Shown here: positions 53,940 through 64,000 of the stretch, piece by piece
How positions within the stretch are numbered: position 1 is the first letter of the stretch
Layout: every line of letters begins with the position of its first letter
Assembly: GCA_000165425.1 (NCBI GenBank)
Contig: CT868653.1
Span: 62,001 to 126,000 of the forward strand
Direction of reading: 5' to 3'
Source of the DNA: Paramecium tetraurelia
Taxonomy: Eukaryota
DNA: 64,000 nucleotides
Made by a program: the position numbers and the translations under genes
Notes under the pieces: model-generated
Databases searched by the model: none
The model's input: the letters and a program-made list of their open reading frames with translations, nothing else
Told to the model about the DNA's origin: nothing

Positions 53940-56150
53940 TCATTATTTATTTTATTGTATCAAAGTTCCAAGCCTTCTATTAGATTCATATTATTTAGGA
54001 CTACAATCAAATGAATCTGAGAGCATTGAAAAACTAGTATGATGTTCAAATAATGGAGAAGGGTCTTATGATAATACTCTCTTTTTCGATTTCAAATAAC
54101 GCTATGATGCTGTAACCATACTAAGTTTTTATTATAGTTAATTTACAGAATCTTTATCTTAGTTCTTTGTTAAAATAATAGGTAAAACTATTTTAAGGGG
54201 TTTTGGATTTGTTTCAGTGTTTTTTCTATCTCTCTCTTGCTTAATAATTTTATCTATTTGTTATTATTTTATTTAGTTTATTGTCGGTTTTTCTAATCCT
54301 TTGTTTTTAACCATTTGCCCAACCAAAATCGTGGATGACAATCTTTTGATTCTATTTTTAGGGACACTCTTTCCAATTTATGAGAAGGATGATCTTTAAC
54401 TACCCCTGAATATAGGAGACACATCGGTTTCATTCGGCACTGGTGTATTAAATTTTAGTATATCTCTAACACAATCGTCGATTAACTTTTGGTGGTTGAT
54501 ATCATCGTTATCCATAGCAGTCAAATACTTTTTATTATTTAACTCATCATTGACATGTTTATCCAACTATTGTGAATCAATAACACATTCTCTTTTTGTC
54601 TTAAATGTTGCTGATTTATATTATAAGTGTTATTTAACTCTTTGCAAGAGATTCATGCTTTATTATTTTTGATTTTCGAATCTAAAAGTAGTTCCTGTTC
54701 GATCTGTTGATTAATGAAGAGAAATAGGTATTGTAGTAATCATTAAATATTTATTTAATAAATATAATTGAAATTGAGTATCAACATTTCTAATAAATAC
54801 AACACTTCAGCAATGCAAACTTTTAATTCTTTCACTAGTTAAGAACTGTTTGTAATATTGATATCCAACATTATTTGATGGGAAATCAAATGAGAATTAT
54901 TTATTGTCCTATTTATTTGCACTTTTATGATATCTTTATGATAACAATTTATGAAATTATGAAGCCTTTCGTTGGATAGAAATCTTAGGGGAATTGTTTT
55001 AATTTGATAATGCATCAATGGAGTTCAACCTTATTTAAAATTTAGTTTTAACAATTTTTGTTGACTTTGTTTTTTATTATTACTATTCGAAATATTTCTA
55101 AAAATAAGTGTTCGTAAATATTGGTTCTAGAGTAATTTTTTTTTATGTTTAAGTAGAATTATTTCTGAATTTCCTACCACTTTCAAAATCAGTAAAATTT
55201 TCATTGACTTCTTAGTTATTCTTTAATGAATTGACTCGTTTCAATCTAAAATTTTTTAATTTGATTAAAAGAGATAAAAATTATAATTTAGTTATTTCAT
55301 CCCAGCATCTCTCCACTATGTCTTTCCTTGATATTCTAAATAAAGATCCACTTATGCTCATACATTTTACTGTTGAATATCTTTGAATGTAAACGCAATT
55401 ATTCAAGGGAGATTAAATTTTTGGATCTTCGTCTAATGATCTCATTAATGATTCTTCACCAAATATTTAACCTTCATTTAGTAAACAACTTAGCTATTAT
55501 CTAAAATAAATCATACATTCTTTTTGTTCTTTTTCTCAGTATTCTTTTCTCATCCTATATTGTCTTGATCATTTCAAATTGTCCATCTTTGACAATATAT
55601 AAAAATTACGAATCATCGTTTTCCTTATAGACAATTTCATTTAAACAAAAATTTTATAAAAACATATAACAACTAAAGCTTTTAAACTAACCTATAGTCC
55701 AAGATTGAAAGCAATCTAACTTATTTAATAGCTGTAACTTAATGTCCAAATTATCTGACCTATATTTACCAATAATCAATTAATAATCCTGTCTGGTTAT
55801 ATAAGCAATAGAACTTTACTCCAATGCAATGATGGTCTGATTTCTTTTACAATTTTAGTTATGCAAAGCATTTTCTCCTAACTGATCATATGGCCTACAT
55901 GATAAGTGAAGTAATACAGAATATCGTTGATTTTCTTCAATTCAAATTGACATTCTTCTAATTCCATATACGCTCCTAACCGACCAGATAACAAAATATA
56001 TAATTTATTTCCAACATCTCCAATCTTGAATAAAACCTCGTTTTCCTATAAAGTCACAAGTTTAAATTTTTCAAACATTTTTTCTAGCAAGTATTATCCA
56101 TGATCTCTCTTGATGTCTTTCATTATTTAAGTTTGCAGTATGTTATTCAT
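53940..56150 (-). CDS. Cyclic-nucleotide-binding-domain protein (two CNB-like domains plus low-complexity tail)
   Basis: LFKIGDVGNKLYILLSG, GEKCFA..RNQTIIALE, VYKENDDSQFLYIVKDGQF, GQIFGEESL..RYSTVKC. The true start could lie slightly upstream. Confidence 0.75.
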
Positions 56151-56308
56151 ATAATTTTTATTATAATAAAATTTGGAAAATAAAAAAAGAATACTGTTTA
56201 AGAAAACTTATGGAGAAAAATGATAGAACTTAAGTCTTATTGAATTTTAAAAAGGAGATTAGTGTAAATAATTGGGCAGAAAAATGAATTTCCTACTTGT
56301 GAATTATT

Positions 56309-59300
56309 ATGAAAATGGAAGACAATATCAATAAAAAATCGAATTATCTTAGATAAATAAATTTAGATCAATTGTAATAAATTACTTATGCTTATAATAG
56401 GATTAAAAATATCGAAAATTAATAAATTTAAAATTGAATATCATGTGGATATCCTGAAGTTATTAAAATCTTTTGGATTAGAACTTCCATTTTGATTCAA
56501 GGAATAGTTAAGATTTTTGGAATTGAGTTTATTATATTTTTTATTCCAATATTTAAAATTTCTATGCAAATTACTTAAACCCAGTTATTGGAATGGGTTA
56601 AGGATGGAGATATTAATACATTAAAAAAGCATTTTGAATAAGAATTGAAGTTTGCACATAAAAAATTATTGGAATTTTTTAGTATGGTTGATGATTAGAG
56701 GAGAAGTGTAGTACATTGGGCAGCTTATTTGGGATAATATAAATTGATTAAGTGGTGGTGTAAAGTATATAATCAGATGATTGATCTGAATAAAGGAGAT
56801 ATGCATTCGTATACTCCATTGGAACTAGCGAGCATCAAAGGGTAATTAGTTGAACTTTATTTTATTTAGATATTCTGGAGAATACAATCCAGAAAAATAG
56901 GAGAAAACCATAAGATTGCTTGTTGAGAATGGGGCATCAATACCTTGCTAGTGCAGTTATAAACCGAATCCATTGCATTGGGCTTTTTATTATGGCAATA
57001 AGGAATTAGTGGATTATTTGATCTAATAAAATTTCAATCTGTAATTAGAAACAGAGCAGCAAGGAAATTTCCCCATTGATTATTTGTTTTTAGAGAATCG
57101 ACCCGAATAATATAAGTATTTTAAAATAAAGTATGATTTAGGAAAGACGTTTGGGATATCTTTTAAAATGTGGTAATTGAATATGCTAAGGTGACTGCCT
57201 AATAAGAATTGAAGAGAAAAGTTAAAAAAAGAAAATAAAGAAAAGCAACAACAATTACATCATAAATTCCGCTGATGCAAATTTTCTAAAAGGATGAAGA
57301 TGAATCATCACCGGAATCAGAACCATCCAGATATGGAATACCATGTTTAAATATCTCAAATATCAACAGAAGTTATGCCTCAAATTCATTTCTCTCCAAA
57401 TATACTAATGTAAAAACTACTTAAAAAACACCTAACAGCCAATAAGTCTTACAAAGTTAATAAGTTTTAAAATACTAGCAAAGGACAGGATGCTAACGAG
57501 TTTAATAAAAAAATTTGGATGATGTTGCCGACATTCCTTTGTATGATGATTCTCGTATTGAAATGAAGGAGCCAGAGGAAGAAAAGATACCTGAAATCAA
57601 AGTATTTAATTCCAGGAATACGAATAATAGTAAAATAATTACAGAAACCAATCAGGATGAATTACTGTAAATACAATAATACAATTCCAATAATAATTAA
57701 CCTACTTTAGTTGAACCTACACTTAAGATATCTTAATCAAGAAGAGAAAATCACAAAGGTCACAGAACAAAAACCACTTTGATATTTAATGATGATCTAG
57801 AAAAGGGATCGAAGGAAAAATTTTAAATATATGATAGTAAAGAAAAACTCACTACTCATTAAAAATATGAATGCATACTTTAATATTGGTCAGCTAGGTA
57901 AGGTAACCAGGATTTCTTCAGTTATTTTCTAAAAAGAAAATGCAATCCATTTCTCAATGTTTATTAAGGATTTAACTGTTTACATATTGCAGCTTACAAA
58001 GGCAAACTTAAAATATTAAAAGTAATTTTAGAAAGTGATTACGAATATTATGATAGTTCAGAAATGTTGAATAAAAATGCTAAAAAACCAATCAATACTA
58101 TTTAATTTAATAAAGTAATGAATTCTGATCTATTAGTCCAAGAAAGAATGCATCAATATTCTCACTGATTAAAATCCATCAAATGCTCTTCATCTTGCTA
58201 TTGAATAAGAAAAATATCGCTGTATGAAAATCTTAATATCCCATGGGATATCAGTAGATGCAGTTAATAGTAGATGCTTAAAACCATTTGAATTAACTTA
58301 TAATTCTAAATTTATGGAATTCTATGAAGAGAATATCTAAGTTAAATAAGAGATCAAAAGTTTGACTGAGTTAGGATATCAATATGTAATTTAGACTAAA
58401 GGCACATTAAGTGTGGAATAAGACATTGTTTATTTACAATTATAAAATATTAGACAGACATTTTTAGAGAGGGGGTGGAGTTTTGAATTTTTGATTTTCC
58501 ATGCTCCAAATCTCGATTAATTGGAATTGTACAATGAGAACTAGCATCACAAAAAAGTTAAGCCATTGTATCACTACTACGTCTTGAAAATACCTCCTGA
58601 TTCCATCTACAGATTGGCTGATCTCTATTAGATATCGTGTTACAATTTTCAAACAAAAGTAAAAATTAATAAGATTAATAATTAGTATATTTGTTAATTT
58701 AATTATTAGAAGAGCAGGTTTTTTGAATTTCCTAAAGACTTATAGGTGTAAATGCTGATTTTGAAAACTCTAAATGATGAATTCGATGTTGAAAAATTCG
58801 TTTTGGAACAATTAATTATATCTCATTTTCCTTTAGAGGATAAAAAAAAATGTGAAAAGATTACTTAATTTTGGGATGAGCAACAAAACAATTGTATTCG
58901 TGATTCCTTAAGATATGAAACTCAACAAATAGCTTTAAGGCCATTGCATGCGATCTCCTCTTACTTTGGTCCAGTAGTTGCTTGGTACATAGCTTTGAAT
59001 GTACAAATCATAGGCTGGTTGATGATCCCATCACTTTTTGGAGCAGCCTTAGGAATTTATATTATTATAATTCAATAAGTAAAGTAACAAATAAAAATAT
59101 ATAAGTTCATCTATTGTGCCATTTTATGCATTGCTAATGACTCTTTGGTCGACTTTGTTCATGGAGAAGTGGAAGAATAGAGAGTCAGAATTGAAATTTT
59201 GTTGGGACATGCATAAATTCAAGCAGACTCAACCATAACGAGTTATGTATACAGGATAATACATCATAAATGAAGCAACCCATACGGTTCAAATCTATGA

Positions 59301-60366
59301 TTATTTTACAACTTTTAAAAGAAGATTAATAGCAGAAGGTCCAGTCATTTTAATAGGAATTGCTATTATTGTTTTGAGTTTTTATGCTTTTAACATTTGG
59401 TTGGTTGAATACTCAGCGGATCCAGTTATGTCAATAGTTATCAACTCATTGAATGGAGTTTCTATGACTGTGTTTTGTGATTTATACAAAAGACTATGCA
59501 AATCTTTGGTGACTTGGGAAAATCATATGTATGAATCAGAATAAGAATATTCTTATATTCTAAAGGTGTTTCTGTTTGAATTTCTTATCTCTTATGTTTC
59601 AGTTGTGTATGTGGCAATCTTTGGAAATGATGCTAGTTCATTAAGTGTTTCAGTTGCTAGCATTATCATAACAAGAGGAGTAATTTCAAATGTTAAAAGT
59701 AACCTACTACCTTTTGCCATATTCTAATTAGAAAAGCGTTCTCTAACTAGATTATTTTCTGAATTCAAACAATTATTTGCAAATAGAATTAAAGAGAAAA
59801 AGAATATACCTAAAATTTGTAACTAAATATTTTCATCTGAAAAACTATCTCATGATTCATAGTTGCTCTTCTTGTAAGAGCTAGAGATAAGTAGAATCAA
59901 AGGCCCATAAAAATTATTGTATGATGAATATACAAATATTGCCATACAATTTGGGTATACTACAATGTTTGCTCCAACTTTCCCTGCAGCTCCTTTATTT
60001 TTCATGATCAATTGCTATATCAATTTAAGATCATCAATATATAATTACTAACACATTTTAAAGAGAGAAAGAGCCTAGGCTGCTGATTCTATTGGAATTT
60101 GGTTATAAATATTTCAGATCTTAAATTATTGTGCAACTTTCATGAATTGCATCGTAATTGGAACTGTAAATAAGGAGTAATTCAAAGGGATTATTGGAAA
60201 TTAGGACGCCCTAGTTAGTGCCTTTTTTTTGGCATCCATAGAACACATTTTACTCTTAATTAAATACATTTTAGATGTCTCAATTCCTGATTGTCCTTAT
60301 TGGGTAGAGAAGGAATTAAGACGTTATGCATATCTAGAAGAAAAATATTAGAAAATTGGTATGTGA
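56309..60366 (+). CDS. Ankyrin-repeat/anoctamin (TMEM16) fusion protein
   Basis: Ankyrin repeats (VVHWAAYLG, TPLELASIKG, NPLHWAFYYG, CLHIAAYKG, ALHLAIEQ) followed by anoctamin motifs SYFGPVVAWY, WENHMYESE, IQFGYTTMF, DSIGIW and IPDCPYWV. Confidence 0.88.
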
Positions 60367-60883
60367 TTTTTAATTATTAATTCATTTTAAAATTCTTTTT
60401 TATATAAAAATACAACTTAATAAATATAACTATATTCAAAAGTGAAAAATATTATAAAATTATGAATGAACATGAATTAATTCAATATTTACAAATCCAT
60501 TTACTTGAAGAGTAGTAATATCTTGAATGAACTAAAGGAAAATTAAAATATTCAAAGTACTTTAGAAACTAAATTTCTATTATATAAATTATTGTAGTTT
60601 GTATCATATTTTAATGGGTTCTTTTATGAATGAAAATTACTTCTTTAGTTTTTCTTTAAAACAAAGGAATTGCAGTGATATATTCATAAATTAAGATATT
60701 GATTAAATTAATATATAATTTATCTACCAGAATAGTATAATACTTAACAAAATTAAAAAGTGTATTATTTAATAACCTTCTGTCAAGTCTCATTTGTGAG
60801 AAAAATAAAAACTAGGGTTTTAATAGAAATCATAATAATTGAATGTGTGAAAAATTTTGAATTAATTTTATAAATAAATTCAA

Positions 60884-62109
60884 ATGTACCCTCAATCCTA
60901 TAATAATCATGATGATTTGATGAGATAGCAATTCATCAACGAAAATAATGGATTAATTGAATAGTTTAAAGCATAGTTGATAGATCCAATAACTGGAAGG
61001 AAAAGAAATGAAGTCAAAGTTTAAAATTTTGCTGATGGCGGAAGATATGAGGGAGAAGTTGAGGGTGAACTGAGGAAGGGATATGGAATTTACTTTTTTG
61101 CCAGTGGGTATTACCTAACACTATATTTATAGGGATGTTTATTTTGGACAATGGAATGATTCATTCAATGGTCAAGGCACCTACATTTATCGAAGTGGTG
61201 AGAGATATTAGGGATAGTTCAATAAAGGTAAGAAGGATGGTCAAGGAATTTATTGGTATATAAATGGAGCAGAGTATGACGGTAGATGGGTGAATGATTA
61301 GAAGGATGGATTTGGTAAATTCAGATATCCAAATGGAGATATATATGAGGGCAATTGGGTAAGAGGAGTCAAATCAGGACAAGGAACTTTAGTTTTAGCT
61401 AATGGAGACCATTATCAAGGGGAGTGGAACAATAATATGAAAAATGGATAAGGAACTTATATCTTCGCATCTGGGTCAAGATATGAAGGATTCTGGCTCA
61501 ATGATCAATTTCATTAATAAGGAGTGTTTAGTTATTCAAATGGAGATAAGTATGAAGGCATCTTTGAAAATGGATAGAAAACGAAATAAGGAATATATAA
61601 GCATGCAGTGGATGGATCAGAGTATTAAGGAGAATGGTTTAGAGATTAGAGAAGTGGGAATGGAAGGATGAAATATGCAAATGGAGACCTCTATTAGGGA
61701 TTTTGGTAAGAAGGAGAGAGGTAAGGAAAGGGTTCTTACAAATACAACAATGGGGATTAATACGATGGGGAATTTGTGAGTGATTAAAAACATGGATATG
61801 GAGTGTTAAAAATGGTTTCAGGTGATATTTATGAGGGAGATTGGAAACAAGGAAGAAAGAATGGAAAAGGATTATACAAATTTGCAAATCATGATATTTA
61901 TGATGGTCATTTTGCTGATGGATTAAGGTAAGGATATGGAAGATACCAATGGAATGATAATTCCTATTATGAAGGTATTTGAAATCATGAAAGTATTAGG
62001 TAATTGGGATAAGGATAGAATGAACGGAAAAGGATTATATGTGTCTCCTGATGGAGTGTAAGCAGACGGAATATTTGATAATGATAATTATGTAGGACCA
62101 GCTGACTGA
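60884..62109 (+). CDS. MORN-repeat protein
   Basis: Tandem ~23-aa repeats of the form NGD.YEG.W....K.G.G.Y. Two short introns; TGA at 62107-62109. Confidence 0.92.
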
Positions 62110-62131
62110 TAATATTGAATTTATGTATTTA

Positions 62132-64000
62132 TCAGAATATATTGCATCCATCGTCTTTTTTAGTACCTTTCTTTGGATCGGTCTTTCCTTTTGACATCAT
62201 GGCAGGTGTTCTATCTTAGGATGAGCTTCTGGGTTTTTGAGCATTCATCTATTATTATTGCAATTTAGCTTTCATTTGTTATTGTTCTGAAGTATGATCT
62301 TCATATTCTTTAAAGGATTATTTGCTAGTAGTTTATGTCGTAGGCTAGTTGGAAGCGAATTCTAAATGAGTTGAAATGAATTAATATACTTTCGATAGGT
62401 TGTTTAACCTGACTGCTTTGAGATGGTAATTTATTTGGTTGTTATGATTATTATTATTATTAAAGATTTTTCGATTAATTAATAGTTTTGGTCAAAATGT
62501 CAATGTGCTCTTCTTGTTTTTTGAATTAATCAACCTATTGAGTTGGTTAATCTAATTATTATTATTAAATTTATTATTAATTAGATTATGAGGCAGTCTA
62601 TTATTGAGGAATTAGATTTTCGACTGGTATTTCTCTTTTTTTCATGTCTTTACTCTTGTTCTCATCATATCCATATACTTTAAAGCAAATCTAAAATTTA
62701 TATAAATGATGTTATTACTGTTCCATTAATCAAATAGTTTAGTTAAGTCTCTGTTAGTTAATCGAATGTGTGTTACTAATCATAATTATAAATTGGATTT
62801 GGATGAGCTCCAGTTAACTTAAATTAATAAGAAATAATTCATACTGTTTTTGTTTTAAACAATTCTTTCTTTTTCTCTTCAACTTAGATGGAATACTCGA
62901 CATAAGTATCTTTGCATAGATTTTCAGGTAATCGTGCACTCTCAATTGAAACTCTAAAATCAAATCTTCTACCAACCAACTCTGAGGGATCTTCCACAGG
63001 AGGTTCTATTCCATCTTCAATATCTTCTGATAGATTTCTTTATCCTGTTTCATCAGTAGGAATTAAATTAACCTTCAGAGTTCCACATTAGAAGTGTTCT
63101 CCTACTAGTGTTAAATCGCAAGGATTGTCCATTAAATAAGCCAAAGCTTATAATTTAAGGAAACCAGAGCCAATCACTCTTGCTTCAGGTGGATCCCAAA
63201 ATGGATCTTAATCTTTTGGCAATGATAATAATTAATTAGATTCGAAGTATCTCTCCAATAAATCTTTTATTATATAATATCTATTTGAAAACTTATGTAG
63301 ATCCCAATAGTATATTTATCCTTCTTCTTTGTTGTTAACCTATATTTATATTTGTCCTTTCTGTGCATTTTCCTCTGTAAATTAAGAATACTCCTAGTCA
63401 TCTGCATACACATATTTTAATCTTGCTTCTAATGTAACATTACGTTTAAGTTCCTTAGCAATCAAATTGACTTCTAATACTTTAGGCAGATACTTTTGTA
63501 ATTTATTTTCAATGAAATTCTTTTCCTTAATTCTGTATTTTTTCATAGTTTCTTCATCTTCATATTACTTCCTAGCCTTTTCTCTTTATAATTATTTTTG
63601 TAATGTTTCTTCTTCTAATTTCTTCCTCTCCTCTATTAATTTCCTTTCTTCTTCAGCCATCAAAGCTCTATTCAACATGTCTTTATTTTGTTCTTCCAAA
63701 GCCTTCATCTTAATATCAAAATCTTCCTATTATTTCTTCATTTACTCCTCATACAATCTTTATTCTTCCTTTCTTTGTTCTTCTAATTCCTATTTCTTTC
63801 TTTACATTTCCTCATGCACTTGCTTTTCTGCTAACTTCTATTGTTCCTATCTCTTTTATTCCTCCTTCTTTTACATTTCTTGCTATGCTAATTCCCAATC
63901 AATTTCAGGTCCTTATTCAACTTATTCAGATCCTGGAATTTGAACCAAAAACGTTGTGGTAGTTCCGAAAATAAGTCTGTCATTATGATTAAGCAAAGTG
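62132..64000 (-). CDS. Kinesin-3 family (KIF28/KLP-6-like) protein, 3' part: FHA end, coiled coil and tail with CaaX
   Basis: LNHNDRLIFGTT (FHA end), LPKVLEVNLIAKELKRNV, YWDLHKFSNRLYII, DPFWDPPE and C-terminal KKGTKKDDGCNIF-TGA. The motor domain would lie outside the window. Confidence 0.78.

Noticed and set aside
53734..53943. Second ATGA overlap at the stop of the cNMP-domain gene
   Set aside because: The downstream ORF is short, AT-rich and has no recognisable features, so it is probably chance.
61030..62100. ~69-nt periodicity suggestive of a CRISPR-like array
   Set aside because: These are protein-level MORN repeats with synonymous variation, in a eukaryotic context with no cas genes.
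63467..63943. 158-aa Ser/Phe-rich + strand ORF
   Set aside because: It is antisense to the Glu/Lys-rich kinesin coiled coil.

Overview
This is AT-rich, gene-dense eukaryotic DNA that reads cleanly only in the ciliate nuclear code (TAA/TAG = Gln, TGA = sole stop). It has many 21-31 nt GT...AG introns and intergenic gaps often under 100 nt, which is the signature of a Paramecium-type macronuclear chromosome. The supplied standard-code ORF track is therefore mostly fragments or antisense artefacts. Manual translation gives about 25 protein-coding genes: 2-oxoglutarate dehydrogenase E1 (3' part), an LMBR1 protein, two paralogous SP-RING-like/Kelch proteins, two kinases, a peroxisomal ECH1-like isomerase, a divergent Amt, CLEC16A/FPL, an orphan whose ATG overlaps the CLEC16A stop, a ~2,800-aa Cys-rich surface protein, an EF-hand protein with an internal frameshift, a UBR-box E3, a PH-START-FFAT-OSBP protein, a CRC/tesmin protein, a stand-alone LKR, two tandem PCD-like genes, EngB, an importin-alpha-like protein, a cNMP-domain protein, an ankyrin-anoctamin fusion, a MORN protein and the 3' part of a kinesin-3. 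There are also several decayed gene-like stretches and the 3' half of a tRNA-like structure. Best leads: the ankyrin-anoctamin apparently lacking four of five acidic Ca2+ ligands, the SP-RING-like/Kelch pair (candidate SUMO E3s), the ATGA stop/start overlap, and the Amt with an eroded ammonium-recruitment site. All family calls are by-eye motif recognition without database searches, and coordinates span introns.
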